A DNA stretch of 61,849 bases, filler included, from Diploschistes diacapsis (GCA_023645945.1; 15 parts of 15 records of this genome joined end to end with filler, not necessarily neighbours in it), one strand, 5' to 3'. Counted from the first letter of the whole stretch, positions 48,985 through 61,830 are shown. Notes: generated by a model from the sequence alone, not told the origin. A program made the numbers and translations.

Positions 48985-49589
48985 TAGGCTGGCCGTCACT
49001 GACACTGACACGGCCGTGTCAGAGACCCGGACATTGACAGTGTCAGTGTCCGTGTTTTAGATTTTTTTGCTGCGGTGTCCGTGTCCGTGGATTCACGGAA
49101 ATGCAGTATCCGTGTCAGTATCCGTGTTTTAGATTTTTTAATTGCGGTGTCCGTGTCCGTGGATTTACGGAAATGTAATGTCCGTGTCAGTATCCGTGTT
49201 TTAAAATTTTTAATTACGATGTCCGTGTCCGTGTCCGTGTTTTCAAAAATAATTTCTAAAAAATAAAAGCGTGAGAAATAGGCGTAATAAATCCAGAATT
49301 ATTAAAATTAAAAAAATATGTTGAAGTATTTCGGTAAATGCACGGACACGGATACTATAATAAAAAAATTTTCGGTACGGATATTAATACGGACACTATA
49401 TTATAATAAAAGCACGGACACGGACACTGCAATTAAAAATTTTAAAACATTGATACTGACACGGACACTGCATTTCCGTGAATCCACGGACACGGACACT
49501 GCAGCTAAAAAATCTAAAACACGGACACTGACACTGTCAATGTCCGTGTCACTGACACGGCCGTGTCAGTGTCAGTGACGGCCAGCCTA
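48985..49589. mobile_element. 605-bp foldback hAT-like MITE
   Basis: About 175-bp near-perfect inverted arms starting TAGGCTGGCCGTCACTGACACTGACACGGCCGTGTCAG. The arms are built from CCGTGT repeats around an AT-rich spacer. Confidence 0.88.
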
Positions 49590-51130
49590 ACGCAAAGAAT
49601 CAGACTACTGGGCAAAACATCCCGAAAAGAAAAAGAAAAAAGTTAGGCCGGATTCGGAAAGCACGCTAGTTTCTTTAGAAACTAATACGCCTAATTCGGA
49701 AATTAGTTATACCTCTTTCGATCAAAAACGGACTGGATTCTCGATTCGGCAGCAATCTCGCATATATACTCGGATTTATCGGCTTTAAATCATTCGAGTC
49801 ATGTGATTCAGCCCTACGATGGAGGATAGTAGCATAAATCAACATCTTAGGTGTCGGAACAGTTAAATTCCGAATTAAATTCACCAATAAGATCCTTCGG
49901 CTGACAAATTGAAAATACGCGCCGGATTTAGGGACAAACCTCATCTCTGCTACCGCCATACGCGAAAAAGGCGCGAAAACCATTCTAAATAAGGATTATT
50001 GCCATATTATTTCAATGGGTTACTAGCAAAAGGTGCTTATTTAAATCAATTGATAATCATATCCACTGAACTAGTTAAAAAGGACCCCGCTTTTACTAGT
50101 CAAGAATTAGTCAGCAAGAACCTATAACACAAGCGAATGGGACACATCGGTTCTTCAGCCCTAGAGCAATTGCCTAAACAGGCAATAAAAATTAATTTCG
50201 CCAAATCAACCAACCAAAGCCTTATACAACATACATACAAGCTAAAGCGACAAAAAAGATATCCAGAAAACCCTCTCAGCCCCAAACTACCTATTTAAAA
50301 CTAATGGACTCGGATATTTGCGGTCCAATATCTCCGAAAACACTATTCACCAGAAACGTGACTACTCTTAAAGACACTAAGCCTATTCAGGCTAATACAT
50401 CAGATCCTGAATTATTTACGATAAAAGATTCAGAAGAAGAAAATCGACCTAATTATAACAACCTACCGGAAGATGTTAATAGTAATAATATCAATAACAA
50501 CGATGTCGATAACAATGATGTCAATATTGACACTGACCTAGGAAATTTCAGGCGACCTAGGCAATTCAGGCGACCTAGAAAATTTAGGCGATTTAGGCAA
50601 TCCAGGCGACCTAGATAATTCAGCGACTTAGGAGATTTAAGCGACCTAAGAAATTCAGGCCCCGACCATTTTTCGGCGCTAAACCGCATTTGGCAATACC
50701 TACATCATACCTAGAATTTCGGCATATCATATAATCAGACCTCTTATGGCCTAAAAGGCTACTGCGATTTTGATTAGGGGGGGATTATAAAAGCCGAAAA
50801 TCAATCAGCGGTTATTTATTCCTAATCGGGACTAACGTCATTTCCTAGATATCTACCCTACAAAAGACAGTGGCGCTTAACAGCTATGAGGCTGAATATA
50901 TGGCGCTAAAAGAAGCGACAAAAGAACAGCTGTATCTAACTAATACGCTTAGTCAAATTCCTTACCTAAATAAGGAATTAACTAAGCATATTTTTACAAA
51001 CAGCCAATCAGCGATCGAGCTAACAAAAAACCCGGTACACCACAAGCGAACAAAACATATTAATATTCAATATCATTTTATTCGGACAGCCAATAAAAAC
51101 AAAAATATATATTTAAAATATATATCCACC
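49590..51130 (+). mobile_element. Internally deleted Ty1/copia pol remnant
   Basis: YAPDLGTNLIS, HKRMGHI and DSDICGP, then a jump to RIWQYL, GYCDFD*G, VALNSYEAEYMAL and NPVHHKRTKHINIQYHFIR (RNase H). The integrase core and most of the RT are missing. Confidence 0.88.
50535..50660 (+). repeat. About seven 18-bp tandem units (GACCTAGGCAATTCAGGC)
   Basis: Degenerate units read directly; they sit at the deletion junction of the copia element. Confidence 0.85.
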
Positions 51131-51421
51131 TGTTATGATCTCTATCTCTACAACGTAGACACGAGGTATTGATTAAGGTGTATTTGGTCTCTAGTAGAAG
51201 AGGAGTATGGAAGGAGAAGAAGTAGATCGGTAATAGATTTGTTCTAATCTCTGAAAAGATTGCTATCTAATAATAGAGGTAAACGAATATAAATTAATCT
51301 CGAGTAATCGCTAAAGATATTTATAAAAATAAACATACCCCGATTTATAAAAGTTATGGCGCGTTTTTATATAATTAATTACTCTTTAACGGAATAAATT
51401 AATAAATAAATAAAATTACTG
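51131..51421. mobile_element. LTR-like family C, partial
   Basis: Starts TGTTATGATCTCTATCTCTACAA and truncates the RNase H frame. A reverse copy ends at 59596. Confidence 0.7.
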
Positions 51422-51521
51422 NNNNNNNNNNNNNNNNNNNNNNNNNNNNNNNNNNNNNNNNNNNNTTAATTAATTAANNNNNNNNNNNNNNNNNNNNNNN
51501 NNNNNNNNNNNNNNNNNNNNN

Positions 51522-54031
51522 CCGTAGGAGTTTTAATTCTATTTATATTAAAAAAGAATAATATTTTACGCTTATACGTCGATTATAAAAGATTAAATAA
51601 ATAACGAGGAAAAACCGTTATTCATTATTTTTAATTAACGAAACGCTAAATCGCTTTATAAACGCAAAATTATTTTCAAAAATAAATCTAAAAAATACGT
51701 ATTATCGCATCCGCATTCGCGAAAACGATAAATAAAAGACTACCTTCCGTACTAAATACGGTCATTTTAAATATCAAATGATACCATTTGGGCTAATAAA
51801 CGTCTTAGCTATATTTTAAACTTATATCAATCGAGTTTTAATAGGTCTAATTAATAATATTTACGTAATTTATTTCGATGATATTTTAATATATTTAAAA
51901 AACGCCGAGGAATACGCGGAGCATCTCCGGCTTATACTCGAAAGATTATGAGATTTCGAGCTATACGCGAATCATAAGAAATACGAGTTCTTTATATAGA
52001 AGTTCGAGTTCTTAAGGTATATTATCTCTATTAAGGGGATTAAAATGAACCCCGTTAAGATATAAAACGTAGCCGATTAACCTACACCCATTACTTTCTG
52101 AGAAGTTCAAATCTTTTTAACCTTTTGTAATTTCTATAAAAGATTTATTTATATATATTCCAGAACAGCAAACCCCCTAACTAACCTATTACAAGATAAC
52201 AAGGACGGGAAGAAATCTAGACCCCTATCGTAGGGCGATCGGCAGCAGGCCGCGTTCGAAAAATTAAAGGTTAACTTTACTCGAGCACCTATATTTATAC
52301 ATTATGACCTAGAAGTTCATATCCGGGTAAAGACCGATACGTCTAATTTTATTATAGTAGCGATTATATCCCAATTAATAACTACGGACGGAATATAATA
52401 TCCCGTCGCTTTCTAATCGAGAAAAATAATTCCCGCCGAAAGAAATTATAAAACCCACGATCAAGAATTATTAATTATTATAAAAGTTTTTAAACATTAA
52501 AAACATTATGTAACGCCCAAAGGTGCGCCCTGGGGTTCAGGTCCCCCTGCTGCCACAGCCACGCACCTACATATAGTGTAATAGGGAAACAGTGCTTCGG
52601 GGTTCCTGAAAGTATTATGATTAGTCTTTTAGCTCAGTGGGATAGCGTTACTTTATTAGGCATTACCCCCGCTGTTATAGTTATGCTTTCATTCTCTAAG
52701 TCGTTAATTCGAGCATAAGGCTTGTTACTTATATAATCGAATTTGTTGCGTTACAATTGAGCGTGCGATCTTACGGGATTAACGTTATATAAAATATACG
52801 ATTAACCTTAAATGCGGCTAAGTAATCCCGTCTCTAAATTCATAACGTAAATATTAGAAACGGTTTAAGATATCTAATATACTCGAGACGTTATATGAGA
52901 CGTGGCAGGTATTGGGGGGTTAGTACTATAAAGAAGGGAGATAATTAGAACGCCCAAAAATGGGCCCTAGGGTTCAGGTCTTCCTACTGCCACAGCCACG
53001 CATCTACATATAATATAATAAAGAAACAGTGCTTCGGGGTTCCTAAAAGCATTATGATTAATCTTTTGGCTCAGTGGGATAGCGCTACCCTATTAGGCAC
53101 TACCCCCGCTGTTACACATTATCTAGAAAACGCTCGGCATGCTATCGAAATCCTTACGGACTATAATAACCTAAAAGGTTTTATAAATCAAAACTCTCTA
53201 ACCGATAAGTAAATAAGATGGACAATACGCCTAACTTCTTTTAATTTTATTATTACGTACCGCCCCGATAAGATAAATCCTACCGACGCACCGTTATAAA
53301 GATTAGATTATTACGAAACGAACCATTAAATTAATAGGTTATTATTGACCCTAAAGCAAAAACTTATTAAATTAAATAAGTTATTCGTTATATCATATCG
53401 AAATATGTCCGATATAATGTCGTAAGCCCTGCGTAAAGACGCCGCGATGTTACGAAAGTTTAGAAAACTCCGCTTTAAATCAAAAAACCCGGAAGGCGAG
53501 AACGACGATAATATATCGTAAGTTTATCGCAGGTTAATAAAAACGCTGTTTAATTAAGAAAGCTTAGATACAGTGTTGTCAGCCTTTGATATACCTGGGT
53601 TAGAACACCGGGAAAACGAGAATAATAATCGAATACCGCAGGTCTATCGTAGGTTAACTGAAACGCTACCTACTTAAAAAGAATTAATAATAAAATATTT
53701 ATTTATCCCGCGAGTATTCGTGAAAGATATTACGAGGCGAAAGTTTACCGATACCTTACTTACGGAGAAACTACTCGACTTAATACGTATCCTATATGTA
53801 ACGGACGGTTTTATTAAAAAGAAAATATTTTTTTTATCGTAACTCATCCGTATTAATATCGTAATTAAAACGATATAATATTATAATAATATAGAATTAT
53901 TATATTATAAAAACCTTATATACGTTCTAAAAAACGACGATATTAAATCAGAACTCTTACGATTAATTTACAATTATAAATTATCAAATTATTATAACGG
54001 GGAACGTATTTACGAACTTATAACCCGAAAT
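51522..54031 (+). mobile_element. RIP-degenerate Ty3/gypsy pol (RT-RNase H), interrupted by a TRIM
   Basis: KTTFRTKYGHFKYQMIPFGL, VIYFDDILIY, KTDTSN and HDQELL. KH*KHYLENARHAIEILTD is restored when 52509-53121 is removed. Confidence 0.92.
52509..53116 (+). mobile_element. TRIM, family B, 608 bp
   Basis: 171-bp direct LTRs at 52509-52679 and 52946-53116; TSD CATTA (52504-08, 53117-21); PPT AAAGAAGGGAGA; 266-bp non-coding interior. Confidence 0.93.
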
Positions 54032-54796
54032 NNNNNNNNNNNNNNNNNNNNNNNNNNNNNNNNNNNNNNNNNNNNTTAATTAATTAANNNNNNNNNNNNN
54101 NNNNNNNNNNNNNNNNNNNNNNNNNNNNNNNCCTTCTTCTTCTTCTTCTTGTTCCTCGAGAGCGGCCGTGTCGGGGGTTAGAACGGTGCGGTGCGGTGCA
54201 GTGCAGTTGTGGCGGGGATGGGAAAAAAAAAAAAGACCGAGCTGAGGAGGGGGGAGACGCTGCTGCGATCCCGACGGATTCTGGGCGGGTCGCGTCCTGC
54301 CGCCCGACGCGACGAGGAGGATCCGGGACCGGCGGCGTTGGGATGGAGGCTGCGACTGCGTTGCGTCTCGGCCTTGCGGGGGATGTGGTTCGCGGCCCAA
54401 GTTGAAGGGAGGGAGGGGGGAGGTGGCATGGTCCGATCGATCCGAGATCTGGGTTGCCCCCCCCCCTTTTTTTTTTTTAAATTTAGCGTATCGGGGCCGC
54501 TGGATGGACGGCAGGGCAAGGCAAGGCAAGGCATGGCAAGGCGAAGAGGGGAGGGAAAATATAGCGTTGGATCCGATTCCGGCGCCACTGTATCATATTT
54601 GGCTTCCTAACGGACATGGGCTATGAATGGAAAAAAAAAAAAAACAACGCTTGGTGGTGGACGCTCGAGAGCGGCTTGGCTCTACGGCTGAAGCCCAAAA
54701 TACACTGCATTGCTTGCTTTCGCCGGCCCAGCACATTGAGCATAACGGCGCTTGGGGGCATGCTCCTCTCGACGCCGTGATGAGCATCGAGCTCGC

Positions 54797-55986
54797 CTAG
54801 TTGCCCTCCCTGCCCTTCCTGTACTGCGCCTCCTGCTCGACCTGCAGGCCGTCGACGACAGGAGCCAGCTCGCTGAGGATCTCGTACGCCTTCTTGTGGA
54901 ACTCGAGCTGCGCCGCGATCAGGTCGGCGAGGTTGCGGAGGGGCTCGGGAGTATCGAGGACCTGCGGACGACGTCGTCAGCAAGTCGTGAGAGTGCCGGG
55001 GAAAAAAAAAGAAGTAGCAAGGAGGCAGTTTCTCCGCAGCAATGGCTCCGAAAAGTCCCATCTGATGCCCTGCTCATCGGGAGCGGCGCTCGTCACTTAC
55101 GTTCTTCATCACCCCCACCGCCTCTTCCGTCTGTCCCACGAACTCGTCCTCCTTGTGCTCGATCTCCGCTCTCTTCTCCGCGCTGACCTGCTCCTCGTCC
55201 GGGTTCATGCCCTGCCCGCTGACGTTTTTCGTCTTCGCCCTTGCTGCGTCCAGGCTCAAGCGCGCATTCTCTACCGCCCTCCTCGCCCTTGTCGCGAACA
55301 TGATGTTCGTATTCAGCGTCGTGCTCCAGCCCGCCAAGAATCTATTCTGAATCTGGCTGTCCTGCGCCAAGCGTGCTTCCCCCACTTTCTCCTCCGCGAG
55401 AGCGTATTTTTCTAGAGCCGTCGCCAAAGGGTCTTCGGCCGCACCGGATTGGGAGGCGTTGAGCGACTGAGAGCCGGCAAGAGCGGCGCGGGCCATGGCA
55501 TGGTTGAACGTTTTGGGCTGCGGTTTGGCCGAGGGAGGAGCGGTGAAGGCGGCCTGAGCTTCCGCGGGGGAGGATGCGCTGGACAGGAGGGTAACCTTTT
55601 CCGAGATGGTGCGGCCGAGGTCATTGAACGATTCGCGCATGTTTGGGGGGTAGTCGTAGGCTTCGTTGGAGTACTGGGAGCTGTGGACATGGGCTACGGT
55701 GAGGAAGGGGTACCGAAGGGGATGGGGGACGGTGGCGGTGCTTACGTGACTTGGAGGAGCTTTTGGTGAACTGCCTTTAGGGCGTCGACACGCTTCTCGA
55801 GCTCAAGGTAGTCGGGCGGCAGCTCGGTCTTGTCGTCGGCCCCAACAATCCGCTCGCGGATCATCTGCTGGGTCCGCGCAGCAAAGGGGGTGAAGGAAGC
55901 GCTAGATCGATCAGCTTTCAAGATAAACGCCCAGCTGATGGAGTAGCTCACGAGATATTCTTCCCAAAAGCCCCGAGCTTGTCCAT
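54797..55986 (-). CDS. GVP36: BAR-domain protein, Gvp36-like
   Basis: MDKLGAFGKNISASFTPFAARTQQ, TELPPDYLELEKRVDALK, YSNEAYDYPPN, EDEFVGQTEEAVGVMKNVLDTPEPLRNL; three GT-AG introns. Confidence 0.88.
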
Positions 55987-58369
55987 TTTTGAAATCTCGT
56001 CTCTGGTGATATTGTCGATTGTTGTCGTGGAGATTAAAAGTTCAAGTCATGTAGATGGCGTTGAAGCTGGAGCTTCGGTAATACGGGTTACTGTAGTTCG
56101 TTGATTGCAACAAGATGCCAAGACATTTCTCGAAGCGGAACATACAGTACTAGTCCAAAAGTAATGGTCCCTCGGTTAAATCGGTGCAAATAAACAATAA
56201 ATGCCTATTATTATTTCTACAATAATGCCACCATATCGTCGTTTGAAGCTCTGAGAGCATTCTGAGCTTATAGGCGCATATAGATCAGATATTATCCTGA
56301 AAAATGCAGTGAATAAAATTAAATATTTTTTATTTTATAATTAAAAAGATAATAGCAAAGGTTTTAAAACGTGATAAAGATTAAAATGATTTAAAGCGTT
56401 CCGGAAGACCTCGAATAACGTCCGAAAATCAAGAAAATAGATTTTATCGAACGATTAGACGTTATTTAGAATCTAAATGATTTAAATTGTTCGATATCTC
56501 GTTTATTAGTAAAAATATAATACGCCGAAGATTCCGCGACATCGATTTCTCTTTTAAAAAATATAGAATACGATAAAAGTTATATTTAAAACTTAAAGAT
56601 GCGGAAAAACGCCTGAAATATTCCTGAATATACCGAACTTNNNNNNNNNNNNNNNNNNNNNNNNNNNNNNNNNNNNNNNNNNNNTTAATTAATTAANNNN
56701 NNNNNNNNNNNNNNNNNNNNNNNNNNNNNNNNNNNNNNNNGATCCGGTGACGGGGTTGGGGACGCCGAATGCGCCGAGGTTGTTGGAGGTGTTTTTGGGG
56801 CTGAAGTAGGGAAGTTGGGTTTGTGGTGATTGGGGGGTGTGTGTGGCTATGTATATTCGAGGTAGAGGTTTTTTGACGAGAGATGAGGAGGAAGAGGAGG
56901 ATGGATGGATGGATGATGGATTCGAATGCACATACGAGAGAAAATAATGAGCGACACAAAATACGTTCTCGGGAGCCAATAAAATACTATGAAATACAGT
57001 CAGTCTCCTTTATTCCAAAGTTCCATATTATGGGTTCTTCTACTACCCCTCGACGGGTCATGTCAATGACTGGTTACATATTTATAGGATCCGATCCCCC
57101 GAGCGAGGGGTTATTTGTAGTGTCATTGCGTTCCGTGTGGCCACCACGACCTCGATTAGGCTGATTTCGCCATGCCAAGAGAAGGCGAGAAGCGATATTG
57201 TCTTCCTTCTACAAAAGCTAGTTATTAAATACCTTGCCGACAGTTCAGCATATGTATGTATGTACAGGTACTGGGTTCTACACGTACGTACGCCGCCGTG
57301 CCATGCGCGGATGACTGATAGCTTGCGCGGCCACCGGGGGCGGTCATCGGAGTACCTGGGGGCCAAGGGGGGATGGTTGGTCCGGCTGGTTGTCTTCGGT
57401 GACTGCTGACTGACTGCTCCGAAGTCAGTCGGTCGAGCAGGAAAAGCCATTTGGGCGTGACGAGCTGTGTTTGGCTGTTGGATGATGCCTTGGCAGTTCT
57501 GCAGAGTTCCTTTCCAAAGCTATATATATATATACTGGGCGGAGATGTCATGTTGGGTCGAAGCTATCAGCGGGAGTTGTTGCACCTCGTTATACTTTTC
57601 TCCGCTGCTGTTCGATCGATGCGGAAGTCACGGACTGATGGTAAGATCCGACCCAATTATAATAACGTTATATATTAATATTGATTAATTAATACTGTGG
57701 CAACGGCCTCGGTACGGAAGGGAATGGATGGAATCTGGGTGCGGTTTACACGTGTTAATCGGATACAGGGAAACGTTGCCTTCCGGGGTACCAAATCCAT
57801 CTTTTTGGCAGCGTGTTTAAATTAGGCGGCCAAGGAGATATAAGCCGGTATCTGATGAGGTGATTTGGTTTTCTTTAACAGAGCATCTGATTGCTTCGGT
57901 TGCTGGTCGGTGGAGTCAATCGGCAACCTACTACTACCTACTAATTGTCTCGGTCCGGAAAGGCCCATGAGAGAAAAGGGAAGAGGGAAAAAGGAAAAAG
58001 GAAAAACGGCCATTATTACATTATTACTAGACTATACTACAAGACTGCTGGCTTTTCGTCCGACAATTCAACTCTGAGCTTTTGCTTCACCAATTTTTCT
58101 CCTCTAGATTTCCCAGATTCCAACACTCTTCTTCCTCAGCATAGCAGCCTTGCTTACGCTGCATACAACTCCTTTCCTCTTCCTCTTCCCCTTCCTCTTC
58201 ACCTTCTTCCTGCTTCGTTCCAAGTCGGTGACCTGTGCAAAACCTGCTCATTATGCAATTCAGCTTCTCGTTGTCGTCACTTGCAGCAGAATACTAGGCA
58301 TTCACCTCGGTGTTTCGTCACTTCCTTCCATTCGGTTCAACTTGGCCCAGAACTTCACATCCCGTCAGC

Positions 58370-59244
58370 ATGTCTACTCTCGAAACCCACGATCAGCTTT
58401 CACCACTGTCAAGTTCACCGCCAGCCATGACCGTCGAACTGCAAGCCCCGGAGAACTGCCAGATGAAGCTGAAGAGGAAGAGGGGAAACGAAGGGGATGA
58501 TGCACCGTGAGTGCTGGACCTCTCGGTCTGCTAAGAAGCCTTGTTAAAACCCTATACAGCTCACTTAACGCTCTTTCCTCTCCCTGCTTCGGTCAAATCC
58601 CTCTACCTACACCAGCACCATCCTACTCGAGCAGCTTCTACGATGCACCTTCGCCATTCGATCCATCACGCCTGTCACACCCCCTTCAGCTGAACATCAG
58701 CCACGACTCTCGCCGTTCGAAGCGTCTGCAACTCTCGCCGAGACCGAGACTCTGGAGACACGTCTCACAACCTTCGTCGAGCCTTTCGTCTTTTGCCTCG
58801 ATTTGCCCCCCTGCAAGCACTACATCGTGCCACATTTGTCAGCGAAGACCATCAACTCGCCAAGATCTACCCGGCTACGTCGACTGCGAAGTATGTGGAC
58901 TCAGGACATGCTTCGTATGCATACGCACATGTGAAGGTCCACAATGTCAATCTACTGCTGCTCGAAAATGCCTGGGCTTAGGATTAGCAGCAGAGGACCT
59001 GACCGGTGGGAAAAGGACTTGTGCCGGCTGCTGTGTCGAAGTTGGCTCGGAAGGCAGGGTATGGTGCCTGCCATGCTACAACGATGAGACCGAGCTCGAG
59101 CTTTACAACACCAAGAAAACCAAGGAAGAGCTGGGAGTCGAAAGTGCATGCAGAATATCGGACTGGCTAAACAGGACGGGTCCCGATGAGGAAGGTCTTG
59201 GCGAGCCGAGCTTCTACAGCGAAGACGTCGACGTCAACCATTAG
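58370..59244 (+). CDS. Hypothetical 273-aa protein with a basic NLS-like motif and a Cys-rich, probably Zn-binding C-terminal domain
   Basis: Exons 58370-58506 and 58560-59244 (GTGAGT..CTAAG..CAG). KLKRKR; CHIC, CEVC, CFVC, CAGCC and CLPC. Confidence 0.75.
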
Positions 59245-59345
59245 CNNNNNNNNNNNNNNNNNNNNNNNNNNNNNNNNNNNNNNNNNNNNTTAATTAATTA
59301 ANNNNNNNNNNNNNNNNNNNNNNNNNNNNNNNNNNNNNNNNNNNN

Positions 59346-59596
59346 TTAATTATATAAGAATTTTTATTATAACTTTTTTAAATCTTGATATATTTACTTT
59401 TATAGACATCTCTAATTATTATTCGGGATCAATTTATATTCGTTATTTTTATTATTAGAAAGCCTTCTTTCTAGAGATAATCTAAGACCTGTGATTGTTC
59501 TACCTTCTTTTCCTGCTTGCACTCCTTTTCTAAACGAGACCAAACCTACCTTGATCAAGACCTCTTGTCTACCTTGTAGAGATAGAGATCATAACA
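59346..59596. mobile_element. LTR-like family C, partial (reverse of 51131)
   Basis: Ends TTGTAGAGATAGAGATCATAACA. Confidence 0.7.
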
Positions 59597-59674
59597 AAAC
59601 GCTAATTATCCGACGCTAAATTAACGGATTGTTTGATATTTATTTCGATTTTTTTTTAAAATATTAAAAAAATG

Positions 59675-59880
59675 CCTTTTTTATTTTATGATTATGTAAT
59701 AAAAATGATTGGCCTCGCCATCTTCGCCCGTTTCGCCAGCTTTCGCCGGTTTCGCCGGTTTCGCCGGTTTCGCCACGTTTCGCCAAACGTTTTGGCGAAA
59801 ACTAGCGAAATGAGCGAAACCCGCAAAACAGGCACTTTCACCGGGGATTTTTTTTTTGCTTAAAAAACTTTTCGTGATGT
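59675..59880. repeat. Dispersed repeat with a TTTCGCCGG tandem array and partially inverted units
   Basis: 9-bp units at about 59722-59785, followed by GGCGAAA units; matches 43444-43556. Confidence 0.75.
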
Positions 59881-59882
59881 AA

Positions 59883-60102
59883 AGGAACATCCTGAACGTT
59901 TATCAATTTAAAGGTTGAACCCCGTAGGGCGGTAGGGCTGGCACCTATGTTATTTATTTATACCCTTCTCCTATTTAGATAGTTTCTTTCTTATCTTTTC
60001 GAATCTGAACCATTCAACCTATAAATGCCCAGCTACACGTAATCCTTCCGGATCAGGCTCAGCCCCCGGTAGTGTAGCACCTATTTCTGTACGGGCGTTC
60101 TA
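59883..60102 (+). mobile_element. Diverged LTR, family A
   Basis: GGAACATCCTGAACGTTT...TTTTCGAATCTGAACC...GGGCGTTCTA; no TSD. Confidence 0.85.
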
Positions 60103-60423
60103 AGATCTTCGATCTCGAAAACGGGTTTAAATTATGTTCGCCGTAGGTTTAAAATTTTTATTCATGGACGATTGCGAGAAACGTTTTTCGTTTTTATTTC
60201 AAATTTGATAGCGGATAGGAAGTGTAATGGGTAGAATCATGAAATTGTGGCAAGATGGCTCTACCAGGTAGATTTATGCTAGGACTAATTACTAAAGAAG
60301 AGCAGAGAATAAGAAGGGCAAAATCCCCCTTCAAGTACCAGCCAGCCAAGAGACCCTAAGCGCGGCTTGTGAGATTCTTGGTGTCCTTGGTATCCCAATA
60401 CCTTCTATTAGCTTAATCTTATA

Positions 60424-61830
60424 ATAATTCTTTTTTCTTGTTCTGGTCCTTTAGAGTTGTTTATTTAACCTTTTTATTGCCCAGCGTTGTAGATTATGTG
60501 ATTAATTTAATATATATATTAACATCTCGGTTTTTATATAGATTAAGTTTTATTAACACGTTGGGTTCGCGTCTTTCGCTTAGATCGCGTGTTGGTATCT
60601 TGCTTTCGTTCTCGTATATATATTTCAGACTTTATTAATAATTAATTACAAATGTCGATTGATTCCGGCGTCGGCGTTTATTATTTACGTATTTACTTAT
60701 AATACTTTTTTATTTTATTTCCTTTATCTTTCGATTTGTGGTTATTTTTTATATTATAGATCTTTCTAGCTCGTCATTTATTATCGTCGTCCTTTTGTTT
60801 CTCGTTCGTTACTTTCCTTTTATTTTTTATTGCCGTCTAACGTATATCTTGCTCATCACTCGCTTCATTATGGCCAAACGCGCAGTCATTCATTCTAAAT
60901 AAATTCCTGCCACGCCTCCGACGAAGCCTGTTATTAAAAGCAATATACTTATCGATAAACTCGCGTTTGTTATTAAAAACGAACTTATTATTCGCTTTAT
61001 TCCGCGTTCTGTTAATCGTCCCCGAAAATAATATATAATAATCACTTCTTCGCCTATTCTTAATCCTAATTTTTCGAGCCTTCTTATACTTATCGCCAAG
61101 ATTTTAATAAAGCCTGCAATAGAATTTATCTTTATATCCTTTTATTTATCGCATAACGCTGGCTTCTAGCCGAGTTCCGGCCCGTTATTTTCGTTATTTT
61201 CGCGTCGTTCTTCGATCGGGTTTTTATTTGAAAACCTTAATACCCTTAATTTTATTATTAATGCCGGTAATGCCGAAACCGTAAGTTCTAAAATTAATTA
61301 TACTTGCGAGTTATTTATTTTTCTTTCGATTATCTAGAAAGTGGATTTTTATTCTTTTTATTCTGGTTTTATTAATAGATTTATAGGAGAATATATCGTT
61401 TACGTAAATCGAACCGTAATAACATTTTCGATATAATAGATGTATTATTATAGAATTATTAAAAACCTACGTAAAACTTAAAAGTATTAAATATCGCCCT
61501 TATTTGTCATATCTTTACGTTAATATCAGTATTTCTTTCTTTTTTAAGGAATTATTAATAGAGTCTCTTTTAAATCCCCTCGGCCTTTTGGCCGCACGTC
61601 TATATATTATACTAGTAGCGGGATATGCATATTTTAATAAAATTTAAGCGTGACGGACCCCTCCCGGAATCGTATTTAAAGAATAAAGTTCTATATATTA
61701 AATAAATTAAGCGGTATACGAATAAACAGAAACAGAAATCGAAATGGCGACCGGAGTTTTTATAAACTTAGTTCTTACATCTTATTTCTTATTGTACTAA
61801 CATACTCATGGTTACTACTTTTATTTATTA
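60424..61830. mobile_element. AT-rich RIP-like repeat debris, family not assigned
   Basis: Same TpA-rich, CpG-retaining composition as the identified transposon remnants, but no diagnostic motif was read. Confidence 0.4.

Noticed and set aside
48985..49589. Regularly spaced repeats resembling a CRISPR array (also 50535-50660 and 59722-59785)
   Set aside because: No unique spacers, no cas genes and a eukaryotic context; these are transposon-internal repeats.
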